Translations under genes and position numbers: made by a program
The notes under the pieces: model-generated
Told to the model about the DNA's origin: nothing
The model's database searches: none
Seen by the model: only the letters and a program-made list of their open reading frames with translations
NCBI GenBank assembly: GCA_963704755.1
Contig: OY969938.1
Coordinates: 3,150,001 to 3,182,000 of the forward strand
Direction: 5' to 3'
DNA length: 32,000 nt
Source: an uncultured Chloroflexia bacterium
GTDB lineage: Bacteria; Chloroflexota; Anaerolineae; Anaerolineales; Anaerolineaceae
Shown here: positions 21,673-31,043 of the stretch, piece after piece
Numbering within the stretch: position 1 is the first letter of the stretch
Layout of the letters: every line of letters starts with the position of its first letter

Positions 21673-23247
21673 TCAGCGGCCCATTTTGCGGAAGCCAGCC
21701 CGCAGCAGACCCGGCAGAGCAGCGTACAGCGCGCCAGCGATGAGCACCACCATCAGCAGCCGGGCGACCTCGGCCGGCAGGCTCAACGCCAGGCCAACCG
21801 CCAGCACCGGCAGCAGCGCCAGCAAAATGGCCACGATCCCCGGGGTGGGGATATTTCCGGCCAAAAGATGCTCGGCTTTGGTGCGTTGGGTGATATCGAA
21901 GGCCGCCGCTGCGGATACCCCCAGTGCAACCACCGGCAGCCCCAGGAAAGCCGCCAACCCGACCTGGCTCAACCCGATCACCTGGTAAACGGCCAGGGCA
22001 AACCAGCTCAGCAGGGTGGTAATCACGGCTACCGGGGCAATTTCGGTCAGAAGCGTCCGCGCGGGGCGGTAGGGCAGGGTAAAGAACAGTGTCCACATCT
22101 CCAGATCGGCGCTCAAGCCGCGAGCCGCCAACCCCTGGACACGCATGATCCAGATAATCAGCAACAGCCCGCGCGAGATCCAGTCCGGGTCGGTCAAAAT
22201 GCCAATCCCTAGCCCGAAGACGAACAACCATTGCCCCAGGTCCCCCATGAACCCCCGGCGAGTGGTCTGAATGGCCTTTTTCCACAAAATCGCGTTTTCA
22301 CTCACGGCGACCGGCAGCCGGCTGGCACTGTGCCCGCTGGACAGGCGTTTTTGTAGTTTGACTTCCTGGGTATCGCGCGGCTTGAGCAGCAACTCGCCCA
22401 GGCTGGCGCTGGTCTCTTGGGGTTGAGACATACGCGCCAGGCTGACCGAACGCGAAGCCCAAACCAGGGCGACCATTCCGCTGATCCACCAGGCTGTCGC
22501 GACCAATAAACCGGGTAAAAACGCAGCCGCACCACTACCGGCATTGGCCGGCAGTGCGATCGGAACCGTTATTCCCCGCCAGGGGGTCAACAGGCCCGCT
22601 GCCAGGATTACAAATACGGCCACCGGGATCCAGACCAGTCCGCGCCGCCGCTGGCTGCCCTGCAAACGGAAACAGCCCAAAGCCCAGCTCCAGGCCAGCA
22701 GCCCCAGGAACAGGAGGGTTACCGGCAGCAAGAAACGCAGGGCCGCGCCCAGGTATTCCGGCATATCGGCCCACACGGCTTTACCGCCCACGCGGATATC
22801 GATCATGCCGAAGGCCAGAACGGTGGACACAATCCAGACGGGAATGCCGGTCAGCAGGCTGGAATTGGCATAGCCGGCCAAAACCACTGCCGGGCGTGAG
22901 GCAGGGGTCATGCACAAAAGCACTGCGTCTTGTGGGCTGAGTTTAAGTGGGCTGCGGCTCGTCGACTGGAACAGGCTGAAGACCCACCAGCCGGCGATCA
23001 ATACGGACACGATCGTTCCGGCCACCACCGCGGGCTGGCCAAAACCGGGCATCTGCAAAAAGGCAGCCGCCCCCGAAGCACACAAAGCCAGCACGGCAAA
23101 ACCCCACAGGGCAAAAAATAACAAGGCATACACCAGGTAGATCATCTCCCCCAGGGATTGCTCTTTGGGGTTGTACCCGGTAATGGTCAGCACAAATTTA
23201 AAACTGGCGCTGAACTGGCGCGAGCGCACAAACCAGACCGCGTTCAT
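21673..23247 (-). CDS. Polytopic membrane protein (524 aa), probable permease partner of the upstream ABC ATPase
   Basis: At least 12 hydrophobic segments in two blocks, separated by a charged loop (KPRDTQEVKLQKRLSS...). Its start overlaps the ATPase stop (23244-23247). The family is not recognised from the sequence alone. Confidence 0.55.
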   Translation of the reverse strand: MNAVWFVRSRQFSASFKFVLTITGYNPKEQSLGEMIYLVYALLFFALWGFAVLALCASGAAAFLQMPGFGQPAVVAGTIVSVLIAGWWVFSLFQSTSRSPLKLSPQDAVLLCMTPASRPAVVLAGYANSSLLTGIPVWIVSTVLAFGMIDIRVGGKAVWADMPEYLGAALRFLLPVTLLFLGLLAWSWALGCFRLQGSQRRRGLVWIPVAVFVILAAGLLTPWRGITVPIALPANAGSGAAAFLPGLLVATAWWISGMVALVWASRSVSLARMSQPQETSASLGELLLKPRDTQEVKLQKRLSSGHSASRLPVAVSENAILWKKAIQTTRRGFMGDLGQWLFVFGLGIGILTDPDWISRGLLLIIWIMRVQGLAARGLSADLEMWTLFFTLPYRPARTLLTEIAPVAVITTLLSWFALAVYQVIGLSQVGLAAFLGLPVVALGVSAAAAFDITQRTKAEHLLAGNIPTPGIVAILLALLPVLAVGLALSLPAEVARLLMVVLIAGALYAALPGLLRAGFRKMGR

Positions 23248-23951
23248 TGGACCGCTTTCAGCACGCCATTCTGCATGTGCCAGTGTACGGCGTGCAGTTC
23301 ATTCACCAGGCCCAGGTTATGCGAGGTAAACAACACCGCCGAGCCGCGGTCGCGCAGGTCGCCTACCAGGCGGATCACCTGCTCTACCGCCTCCGGGTCC
23401 AGGGCCGAGGTAGGCTCGTCCATGATGAGCACCTGGAACGGGCGGATGAGCGCCAGGGCCAGCCCCAGCTTCAGTCGCATGCCCCGCGAATAATTGTGCG
23501 GATACAGGTCGCGGCCTTCCCACAAACCCAGCATAGTCAGCAGATCGGTGGCACGCTGCTCGAAACCATCCATCGCGTTATGGGCCATGGCGATAAACTG
23601 CATGTGCTCCCAGGCGGTCAGCTCGATATAAAAGCGGGGAATATCGGGTACGTAAGCCAGGCGTTTCTTGGCTTCCACTTCCTGGTTGTACAGGTCGTAG
23701 CCGCCTACCTCGACTCTGCCGCTGGTTGGGCGCAGCAAGCCGCACAGGCAGTTCAGCAGCGTCGATTTACCGGCGCCGTTTTGCCCGCTTAACACAATAA
23801 CCGACCCCTGGTGCAGGGCAAAATTGGTCGGTGCCAAAGCCTGGAATTCGCCGTAAGAGCGGCTCATTCCATGCACGGCAAAAACAGTAGGCCGTGAGTC
23901 ATCCGGGTCGAGAAGCGGTTCTCCCCCAGGGTCAATTTGCGATGATTCCAT
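23244..23951 (-). CDS. ABC transporter ATP-binding protein
   Basis: Walker A GQNGAGKST, divergent signature YSRGMRLKL, Walker B VLIMDEPTSALD, H-loop FTSHN. No Shine-Dalgarno sequence. TAAAAT lies 11 nt upstream of the ATG. Confidence 0.85.
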   Translation of the reverse strand: MESSQIDPGGEPLLDPDDSRPTVFAVHGMSRSYGEFQALAPTNFALHQGSVIVLSGQNGAGKSTLLNCLCGLLRPTSGRVEVGGYDLYNQEVEAKKRLAYVPDIPRFYIELTAWEHMQFIAMAHNAMDGFEQRATDLLTMLGLWEGRDLYPHNYSRGMRLKLGLALALIRPFQVLIMDEPTSALDPEAVEQVIRLVGDLRDRGSAVLFTSHNLGLVNELHAVHWHMQNGVLKAVQ

Positions 23952-24004
23952 AATGATCTTATTTTACCCGCTCCCCCGCGAGTTGGCCAGAATTATTCCA
24001 ATGC

Positions 24005-24051
24005 ATCTCTCTATTGGGTATGCGCCTTCGGCGCATACCCAATAGAGAGAT
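24005..24051. repeat. Perfect 22-bp-stem palindrome with 3-nt loop
   Basis: atctctctattgggtatgcgcc-ttc-ggcgcatacccaatagagagat; the arms are exact reverse complements. Confidence 0.9.
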
Positions 24052-24080
24052 ACTCAAATTACTCAGCAACCAAAATAAAA

Positions 24081-24117
24081 ACCATCTGTGTGCATCCGTG
24101 CCTATCTGTGGCTAAAA
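24081..24117. repeat. Solo half-copy of the 167-bp repeat palindrome arm
   Basis: accatctgtgtgcatccgtgcctatctgtggctaaaa compared with the array consensus atcatctgtgtccatccgtgtacatctgtggctaaaa, about 5 mismatches. It overlaps the stop codon (24112-24114) of the acyltransferase gene. Confidence 0.7.
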
Positions 24118-25077
24118 AGCGATGATGCGGTTATTCCTGGCCAGCCAGTGGGCGATGGCCGACAGGGCCACCAGCAGCCCGGCCGCCTGGACCGCCACCA
24201 GCCAGTGGGGTGCCTGGGCATACCAGCCCGGCGCGTCCGGCAGGACAACGATCCCCAGCAGCACCAGGTGCAGGAAATACAACAGGATCGGGTTTTTCCC
24301 CCAGGCCGGCAGCGGACGCAGCCGCAGCCCCAGCCGGTCCGCCAGCAAGACGAAAACTGCATAGACCAGCCCGCTGGCTGCCAGGCTGACCAGCACATAG
24401 CTGGCTGAGACGCGGTTCTTGCTGATCGGCGCCCAGGGAGTCAGCGCCAGGCCAAGCGCCAGGGCCAGCACGGCCAGCCCGACCAGCGTCTTGAGGTCCT
24501 CGCCCCGGCGGTGAAAGGTATCGCTGACGGCGGTGACCAGCACCAACATCCCGCTCCAGGAGATGGCTCCCAACAAGCCTCCGTGCGAAGAGGCCAGCAC
24601 CGTACTCAGCCATAAGGTATTCAACAGCACCTGGTAAATCGCCAGGATCGCCAGCCCAACCAGCGCCCGCACCCAGGCCGGCGTGCGGATGAAGACCAGC
24701 GCGACCAGCCCGGCCACGCCGATAGCCTGCAAAACACCCCAACTGAGGATCGATTCGCTCTGCCCAAAATAGAACATGCCTGCCGAGATGAGCGCCCCTA
24801 CCCCCAGAATAGCCAGGTAACGGCTGGCAAAATGTGAAACCGTCTGCGGCCAGCCGTCTCGCTCGATCCGCCGCTGGGCGGACAGGCCGTAAGTCAGGCC
24901 GATGGCGAAGATAAAAAAGGGCGCAATCAGGTCGATGACCGTCAGCCCGACGTCCGGCGCGTGTTTGAGCCCGGCCGGCACCCACTCGACCCCGGCCAGG
25001 TAATTGGCCAGCACCATGGTCAGAATGGCAAACCCACGGAACGCATCGATGGAAGCTATTCGTTTGGTCGGCATCAC
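24112..25077 (-). CDS. Integral-membrane acyltransferase-like protein (DUF1624 / heparan-alpha-glucosaminide N-acetyltransferase-like)
   Basis: The N-terminus KRIASIDAFRGFAILTMVLANY is characteristic of the DUF1624/COG4299 family. About 9-10 TM segments. Confidence 0.65.
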   Translation of the reverse strand: MMPTKRIASIDAFRGFAILTMVLANYLAGVEWVPAGLKHAPDVGLTVIDLIAPFFIFAIGLTYGLSAQRRIERDGWPQTVSHFASRYLAILGVGALISAGMFYFGQSESILSWGVLQAIGVAGLVALVFIRTPAWVRALVGLAILAIYQVLLNTLWLSTVLASSHGGLLGAISWSGMLVLVTAVSDTFHRRGEDLKTLVGLAVLALALGLALTPWAPISKNRVSASYVLVSLAASGLVYAVFVLLADRLGLRLRPLPAWGKNPILLYFLHLVLLGIVVLPDAPGWYAQAPHWLVAVQAAGLLVALSAIAHWLARNNRIIAF

Positions 25078-25142
25078 AAATGGTATTGTATCGCTTTTTC
25101 TCGCACCCGTTCAGCCGGAAAACAATAAATCAGCCATCTCGG

Positions 25143-25170
25143 AAGAAACCCGGCATTTGCCGGGTTTCTT
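25143..25170 (-). terminator. Hairpin downstream of the aldo/keto reductase gene
   Basis: aagaaacccggc-attt-gccgggtttctt; perfect 12-bp stem. No strong U-tract follows. Confidence 0.45.
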
Positions 25171-25204
25171 GTACCTCTTGTCAAATTTTATTTAACCAAT
25201 CCTT

Positions 25205-26182
25205 CTACGGCAAAGCCTCTCCGCGGCCGGCCAGGAACAGGCGGTACCAGTCTTCGCGGCCCAGCTCGACCTGGTCACCCTGGCAGGCGGCGGCGATACG
25301 CTGCGGGCGGGTGGTGCCGATGATGGGCTGCATGTGAGCCGGATGGCGCAGGATCCAGGCGGTCAGGATGGCTTCGGCCGGCACACCGTGGGCTTTGGCC
25401 AGTTGGGCGACCACCGCGGAGGCCTGGGTGGCCCGTTCATCTGCTTCGCCATCGTCGCGGCCAGTCAGCCAGCCCCAGGCCAGCGAACCCCAGGTCTGCA
25501 AAGTGATGTTGTGCAGGCGGCAATACTCGATGGTGCCTTCGTTGCGGGCCAGCAGGGGATTATCCTGGTTGAAGACGATACCCTCGTTGAGCATATGCAG
25601 GTTGAGCGGGTTGAATGCCACCTGGTTGGCCACAATGGGCTGGTCGAGGGATTGGCGCAGCAGCTCCAGTTGGGCGGCGGTGTGGTTGCTGACCCCGAAC
25701 CAGCGCACCTTGCCGGCCTGGTGCAGCTCATCGAAGGCGCGGGCTACTTCTTCCGGCTCGACCAGCGGGTCGGGGCGGTGCAGCAAGAGCACGTCCAGGT
25801 AATCGGTTTGCAGGCGTTTCAGGCTGCCTTCCACCGATTCAATGATGTGCTCGTAGCTGAAATCGAAGCGCTGGGGAGAACCGGGGTTCGGCTCACCCGG
25901 AAAGCGGATGCCGCACTTGCTTTGCAGCAGAATCTTCTCGCGCAGGCCGGGAACTTCTTGCCAGATGGCGGCGAAGACCTGCTCGGACTTGCCCTTGCAG
26001 TAAATATCGGCGTGGTCGAAGAAGTTGATGCCCTGGTCGAGGGCTGCGCGGATGCTGACGACCGCCTCACGGCGGGTCTGTTCCTGGAGCGGGCTGTTAT
26101 CCCAGGTGCCGCCCAGGGGCATGCAGCCGTAGCCGATGCGGGTCACCTGTAAATCCGAGGCGCCTAACGAAATGGTTTGCAT
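25205..26182 (-). CDS. Aldo/keto reductase family oxidoreductase (YdhF-like)
   Basis: GYGCMPLGG, FFDHADIYCKGKSE, LDVLLLHRPDPLVEPEEVARAFDELHQAGKVRWFGVSNHTAAQLELL. These segments closely parallel what I recall of E. coli YdhF. Confidence 0.85.
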   Translation of the reverse strand: MQTISLGASDLQVTRIGYGCMPLGGTWDNSPLQEQTRREAVVSIRAALDQGINFFDHADIYCKGKSEQVFAAIWQEVPGLREKILLQSKCGIRFPGEPNPGSPQRFDFSYEHIIESVEGSLKRLQTDYLDVLLLHRPDPLVEPEEVARAFDELHQAGKVRWFGVSNHTAAQLELLRQSLDQPIVANQVAFNPLNLHMLNEGIVFNQDNPLLARNEGTIEYCRLHNITLQTWGSLAWGWLTGRDDGEADERATQASAVVAQLAKAHGVPAEAILTAWILRHPAHMQPIIGTTRPQRIAAACQGDQVELGREDWYRLFLAGRGEALP

Positions 26183-26234
26183 TAATTTAATCCTTTCTTC
26201 AACAATACAGGCATCTGCTCAACCGATCGAGGGA

Positions 26235-26297
26235 AAAATCTGAATTCGAGATGTTTTCCGGGGCTTAGCCCTGGAAAACATCTCGAATTCAGATTTT
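26235..26297. repeat. 29-bp-stem palindrome (family alpha) between the TauE and reductase genes
   Basis: aaaatctgaattcgagatgttttccgggg-cttag-ccctggaaaacatctcgaattcagatttt. One G-T pair (26260/26272). Confidence 0.85.
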
Positions 26298-26300
26298 CAT

Positions 26301-27062
26301 TTATTTCACCAGGTAGATAATCGAGATGATCACCCCGATGACGACTACGACCCGGCGCAGCACCACCGGCTTGATCCGGCCGGCCAGCCGGCCGCCTAAC
26401 ACACCGCCGATCACCGCGCCGACCGCCATGACGGCCGCTACCGGCCAGTTGACCGGCGCCGAGAAGACAAAGAAGATGGCCGTGGCCACGTTGACGGCGA
26501 AGGAAATGGCCTGCTTGAGCGCGTTCAAGCGGGTGAGCAATTCGTTCAGGCTCAAGCCCAGCACGGCCAGGACGATCACGCTCAGGCCGGCGCCGAAGTA
26601 ACCCCCGTAAACTGCGGCGATGCCGACCGGCAAAATGGCAGCCACGTCCGAAAGCCCGCTCCCGTCGGTTTTGCCGGACCGGCGCGAAAGCCAGTTGCGC
26701 AGCGGATCGCCCACGGCCAGCAGCAGTGAAGCGGCCAGGATCAGGTAAGGCACCAGGGATTGGAACAGCCGTTCGCCCGTGTTGAGCAGCAAGATCCCGC
26801 CCAGCACACCGCCGACCACACTGGCCGGCAGGAAAAGCCACAAGCGCCGTTTTTGACCGCGTAAGTCTTTGAGTTGGGCCAGGGTTGCACCCAGGTACCC
26901 GGGCGTCAGGGCGACTGTGTTGGTCACGTTGGCTGCGACCGCCGGTATGCCCATGAAGGTGAGGGCCGGGAAGGTGATCAAGGTGCCGCCTCCGGCGATT
27001 GCGTTTACGGCGCCCCCGGCCAAAGCGGCCAGTGCGACCAATAAATATTGAACAATACTCAT
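26301..27062 (-). CDS. TauE/SafE-family (DUF81) anion-exporter membrane protein
   Basis: N-terminal [19 protein letters not shown] and a repeated GG-rich TM pattern ([12 protein letters not shown]); 253 aa and about 7-8 TM segments. Confidence 0.8.
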   Translation of the reverse strand: MSIVQYLLVALAALAGGAVNAIAGGGTLITFPALTFMGIPAVAANVTNTVALTPGYLGATLAQLKDLRGQKRRLWLFLPASVVGGVLGGILLLNTGERLFQSLVPYLILAASLLLAVGDPLRNWLSRRSGKTDGSGLSDVAAILPVGIAAVYGGYFGAGLSVIVLAVLGLSLNELLTRLNALKQAISFAVNVATAIFFVFSAPVNWPVAAVMAVGAVIGGVLGGRLAGRIKPVVLRRVVVVIGVIISIIYLVK

Positions 27063-27100
27063 GGCAAATTTATGTACGCCTCTCTATAGAGTAGGGAGTT

Positions 27101-27128
27101 GAAAAGGGCCGGCGGATGAGCCGGGCCC
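27101..27128 (-). terminator. Rho-independent-like terminator of the M42/SBP operon
   Basis: Minus strand reads agggcccgg-ctcatccg-ccggccct followed by TTTTC, immediately after the stop at 27134. Confidence 0.55.
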
Positions 27129-27133
27129 TGATT

Positions 27134-27562
27134 CTATTCTTTGGAACGTGAGCGGATGCTGGCCAGGGTGCCCACCACAATAATTAACACCAGCACCACG
27201 GTGCCCAGGATAATCCCGTTGGTCTGTTCACGGTTGGCGACCAGCTCCGGCGGGAAAGGCGTTGGGGTTGGACCGGAAGACGTGGGCGTAGGCGGCTCCA
27301 GGCTGGGGCTGTTGGTGGAAACGTTCAGCAGCAAGGTGGCTTGCGTATTCTTCAACAGGGTGGACGCAAAAGTCGGCGTAAAGGTGGGCGAAGCCGGCGC
27401 GGTGGTTGTTTCCCCCGGCAGCGGTCCGCTCACGGCCAGCACCGAGAGGAAGGCCAGCATCACAATTCCCAACCAGAAAACCTGTTGGTCAATTCCCAGG
27501 ACTTTCTTGAACAATTGAATTGTAGTTTCGACGAGTTCATTAGGGCGCAGGGATGGTTTCAT
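27134..27562 (-). CDS. Small membrane protein with two TM segments and a Pro/Thr-rich loop
   Basis: TM segments FWLGIVMLAFLSVLAV and IILGTVVLVLIIVVGTL flank a low-complexity P/T/S segment. Its start overlaps the upstream stop (ATGA at 27559-27562). Confidence 0.55.
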   Translation of the reverse strand: MKPSLRPNELVETTIQLFKKVLGIDQQVFWLGIVMLAFLSVLAVSGPLPGETTTAPASPTFTPTFASTLLKNTQATLLLNVSTNSPSLEPPTPTSSGPTPTPFPPELVANREQTNGIILGTVVLVLIIVVGTLASIRSRSKE

Positions 27563-28938
27563 GGGTTCCCTAGTTTATCGATGGCATCCTGGGCAGCTGT
27601 GGCGGCGTCACTTTGGCCTTTGATTACAGCAAGGCTGGCGTCTCGTAAAATGGGGCCCAGGCTGGCGATCAGCTCGTTAGCCGGGCGGATTTGGGCCGAC
27701 AGTACCAGTTGGCTGAGCGAAGCCTGCAGATTCTGGTTGGTCCAGCCGGATAGGGAAGTCGGGCGGGTGGGCAGGTAGCCGGAGGCGGCGTCCCAATCGG
27801 CCAAAAAACCGCTGTCCACCAGGTATTCGGCCAGGCGGACGCTCATCTCGCGCCGCTGGTGGTCGGGGTCGGACAAAGCCCACATCCAGCCGGTGGCAGT
27901 AGTATAAGCCTGGTCGTTCAGCGAGGGCAACAACATCAAAGTCGTGTCCTCGGGCAGGTCGGCCAGGTAATTCGAGCTCCAGGTGACGATCCAATCGGCC
28001 TGCTTTTCCTGGTAAGCCTGCCAGGCCTGTCCGCTGGTCTGGTATTGGGCCACCCAGGTGGGGAAGACCCCGCGGTGAGTGCCGTCTTCGAAGAAGGTCA
28101 GGGTTTGCACCAGCGGTGCGGACGTCAGGCTGGGCCGGCCCTGGTTGTCCTGGGTCTCCCCGCCGGCCGAACGGTACAGGTCGAGTGTGAGCAGACCCTG
28201 GGCGTCGTCTGCCTGGAAGATCACCGGGGTACCAAAGGCCAATACATCGTTCCAGGTGACCGGGGTAGGGCCGCCCAACGAGCCGGCGCGGTAGAGCATG
28301 ACCAGCGCATCGCCGGCAAAGGGCAAGCCATAAGGGGTCTCTTCCACCGCGGCCAACTGGCGCGCATAGGGGTACCAATCGGTGTCTTCGGTGACCGTGC
28401 TCAGCCCGCCCAGCGAATAGATCAGGCCTTTGAGGGCGGCTAACTCCAGGTCGGCCCGGTTCAAGGCGATCAGTGCGGGTACTGCATCCGGGGCGGCAGC
28501 GCTGGCGGCGGTCAGCGAATCGAGCAGGCTACCCGGCCCGCTGGAGGCTTTGACCCGCACGTTGACGATCAAACCCGGGTTCTGCTGCATAAATGCATCC
28601 AGGCGCGCCCGCAGCACACCTCCGGCAGGGCTGGTCGAATCGGGGTCGAATTGGGGCGGTACCCAGATCTCCAGGGTGGTCGGCCCGCTGATGGTAGCCA
28701 GCGGTTCCAGGGTAGGGGTGGCCGAGGCCTCCGCCTGAGGGCCGGTAGGGGTCGGCGTAAGGCCCGCGGTCGCAGATGGCAGCACACCGGGCAGAAATTC
28801 ATTCACCAACTGCGCGCAGCCGGCCAGCAAGGCAGCCATTACGACCATCCCCAGTAAGCCCGCCAGGTGCAGCTTGAGCGGACGGGGTGGGTGGATCTTC
28901 AATTTTGGCCTGCCATGCTTGCCAGAATAGTGCTTCAT
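27559..28938 (-). CDS. Extracellular solute-binding lipoprotein (ABC SBP family 1-like)
   Basis: Lipobox LLAGC, a P/T-rich linker, then an SBP-like sequence (TLEIWVPPQFDP..., FMQQNPGLIVNVRVK). No cognate permease or ATPase gene is adjacent. Confidence 0.65.
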   Translation of the reverse strand: MKHYSGKHGRPKLKIHPPRPLKLHLAGLLGMVVMAALLAGCAQLVNEFLPGVLPSATAGLTPTPTGPQAEASATPTLEPLATISGPTTLEIWVPPQFDPDSTSPAGGVLRARLDAFMQQNPGLIVNVRVKASSGPGSLLDSLTAASAAAPDAVPALIALNRADLELAALKGLIYSLGGLSTVTEDTDWYPYARQLAAVEETPYGLPFAGDALVMLYRAGSLGGPTPVTWNDVLAFGTPVIFQADDAQGLLTLDLYRSAGGETQDNQGRPSLTSAPLVQTLTFFEDGTHRGVFPTWVAQYQTSGQAWQAYQEKQADWIVTWSSNYLADLPEDTTLMLLPSLNDQAYTTATGWMWALSDPDHQRREMSVRLAEYLVDSGFLADWDAASGYLPTRPTSLSGWTNQNLQASLSQLVLSAQIRPANELIASLGPILRDASLAVIKGQSDAATAAQDAIDKLGNP

Positions 28939-29927
28939 TTCAATACGATCGGATTGCTCAATAACTCTACACCCAGGGCGACGCTGTTCAACACGTCATT
29001 GTAATCTACCATCTCGGAGGGGGAATGGACGTAGCGGCAGGGGATCGAAATACAGCCCGCCGGGACGCCTGCACGGGTCAACTGGATCGCGCGGGCATCG
29101 GTGGTGCCGCCGTCCAGGACTTCGTATTGATAAGGAATTTTAGCACGGGTTGCCGTATCGGCCATCCAGCGGATGATACGCGAATCGGCCAACATGCCCA
29201 AATCTTTGACTTTGATGGCCGGGCCTTTGCCCAGGGCCACTTCCATTTTGGCGCATTTGGGTGTATCGCCGGTGCGGGTCACATCGAAGGCAATGCCAAT
29301 TTCGGGGTCAATGCCGTAAGCGGCAGTCGTGGCTCCGCGCAGGCCGACTTCCTCCTGGGTGGAGAAGACGAAATATAGCTCGTGCGGGCTGCGTTTGATC
29401 TGGCGCAGAATTTCGATGATGACGGCCGCGGAAATGCGATCGTCCATGGCTTTGGAGACCAGGCGCTTGCCCAGGTCGAGGAAGGGACGGTCGAAACCGG
29501 CCGTGTCGCCCACTTTGACCGGGCAGTCCTCGGGGCTGGTGGCGCCGACATCTACGAAGAATTTGTCCAGGCGAGCATCTTTGTCGGCGCCGGCTTCACT
29601 GCCGATCACCCCGGATGTGCCGTTGACAAAACGCACTCGCCCGCCGGGCAGGTTGGTGGGGTACACGCCCCCGACGTTGGTGAAGCGCACAAAGCCGTTT
29701 TTGTCGATGTGGGTGACGATCAGGCCGATCTCGTCGATGTGGGCCGAGAGCATTACCCGCATGCCATCCTTGCCCTGTTTGCCTTTACGGGCGATCAGGT
29801 TACCCAGGGCATCCACGCGGACATCGTCGGCCAGTTTAGCGATTTCTTTTTGAACCAGGTCGCGGACGGCGTCCTCGTAACCGGATGGGCCAAAAGCTTC
29901 AACCAATTTTTGGATCAATGCTTTCAT
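28935..29927 (-). CDS. M42-family metallopeptidase (TET/FrvX/CelM-like)
   Basis: AFGPSGYEDAVR, LSAHIDEIGLIV, DDRISAAV, FSTQEEVGLRGA, and PCRYVHSPSEM. I prefer the ATG at 29927 (GGAG 7 nt upstream) to the TTG at 29930. Confidence 0.9.
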   Translation of the reverse strand: MKALIQKLVEAFGPSGYEDAVRDLVQKEIAKLADDVRVDALGNLIARKGKQGKDGMRVMLSAHIDEIGLIVTHIDKNGFVRFTNVGGVYPTNLPGGRVRFVNGTSGVIGSEAGADKDARLDKFFVDVGATSPEDCPVKVGDTAGFDRPFLDLGKRLVSKAMDDRISAAVIIEILRQIKRSPHELYFVFSTQEEVGLRGATTAAYGIDPEIGIAFDVTRTGDTPKCAKMEVALGKGPAIKVKDLGMLADSRIIRWMADTATRAKIPYQYEVLDGGTTDARAIQLTRAGVPAGCISIPCRYVHSPSEMVDYNDVLNSVALGVELLSNPIVLK

Positions 29928-29958
29928 CAAATCACTCCATAGAGGGGAAATGCTTATT

Positions 29959-31041
29959 TTAGCGCGGTTCAGCCAACAGGGCGGGTGTGACCCGGGTCAG
30001 GGCGGCGTAGAGCAGAGCGATGGTGTTCTTCCAATCGTCCAGGCGGGCGACCAGCACGGGGGTGTGGGCATAACGGCCCGGCACTGAAACGGATACGCTG
30101 GGAATGCCGGCCAGGCGCTTGTGAATAGCGCCGGCATCGGTGCCGCCACCGCCGGGTTGGCGCAACTGGTAGGGAATGCCCAATTCGTCGCCGGTACTGC
30201 TCAGCAAATGGATCAGGCGCGGGTCGGAGAGGGTGCTCGAATCGGCCACGTAGATGGCCGGCCCGGCGTCCAGGCGGGTGTTATAGCGCAGGTTCTCTTC
30301 GCCGTCCCAGTCCGGCAGGTCGTTGGCCGGGGTGGAATCCACGGCGATGGCCAGGTCGGGGTTGAGTGCATAAGCCGCCGCCCCCGCGCCGCGCAGTCCC
30401 AGCTCTTCCTGGACGGTAAAGGCGACACACAGTTCGATATTCTCGGGTGCGTTCTTGAATAATTCGATCAAGGTGGCCACACCCAGACGGTTATCCAGGG
30501 CCTTGCCGACCAGGCTGGGCCCGGTCTGCTTGAAGCGGGTGGCAAAGGTGGCCCGGTCGCCCGGTCTGACTTTTTTGGCGTTTTCCTCGCCCAAGTCGAT
30601 GCGCAGGTTCTCGAGCTGGATGGCGTTGGTGCGCTCATCCGCGCTGGTCAGGTGGATCGGCCGCGCGCCGATCACGCCCGGCAGGTGGTCTTTGCCAACC
30701 AGGACGACCTTGCCGACCAACTGGCGCACGTCGATGCCGCCGATGGTCTCGAATTTGAACCAGCCGCCGTCCTCGTCTTCCACCAGCATGAAGCCGACTT
30801 CGTCCATATGGGCGGCCAGCATCACCCGCAGTGCGCTGGCTTTCTTAGCTTTTTTCACGGCCAGCACGTTGCCCATCGCATCGGTCTCGATCTGGTCGGC
30901 GTAGGGCTTGACCTGTTCCAGGACGATCTTGCGCACTTCGCGCTCGTCGCCCGAGACGGCCACGGCGTTCGAGAGCCGTTCGAGCAGCTCGATCTGGCCC
31001 TGGCCGAACTCCGGGAAGGAGGGTTTGTTCGTCTTTGGCAT
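29959..31041 (-). CDS. M42-family metallopeptidase, paralog 2
   Basis: VSGDEREVR, LAAHMDEVGFML, LDNRLGVA, FTVQEELGLRGA, PGRYAHTP. Confidence 0.9.
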   Translation of the reverse strand: MPKTNKPSFPEFGQGQIELLERLSNAVAVSGDEREVRKIVLEQVKPYADQIETDAMGNVLAVKKAKKASALRVMLAAHMDEVGFMLVEDEDGGWFKFETIGGIDVRQLVGKVVLVGKDHLPGVIGARPIHLTSADERTNAIQLENLRIDLGEENAKKVRPGDRATFATRFKQTGPSLVGKALDNRLGVATLIELFKNAPENIELCVAFTVQEELGLRGAGAAAYALNPDLAIAVDSTPANDLPDWDGEENLRYNTRLDAGPAIYVADSSTLSDPRLIHLLSSTGDELGIPYQLRQPGGGGTDAGAIHKRLAGIPSVSVSVPGRYAHTPVLVARLDDWKNTIALLYAALTRVTPALLAEPR

Positions 31042-31043
31042 GG

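Noticed and set aside
21241-22212. ORFs 21241-21462, 21462-21656 and 21532-22212, which run through the tandem repeats
   Set aside because: They are reading frames generated by the repeats themselves, with repetitive Cys/His-rich translations. The longest one runs antisense into the 524-aa membrane protein gene. None has a ribosome-binding site.
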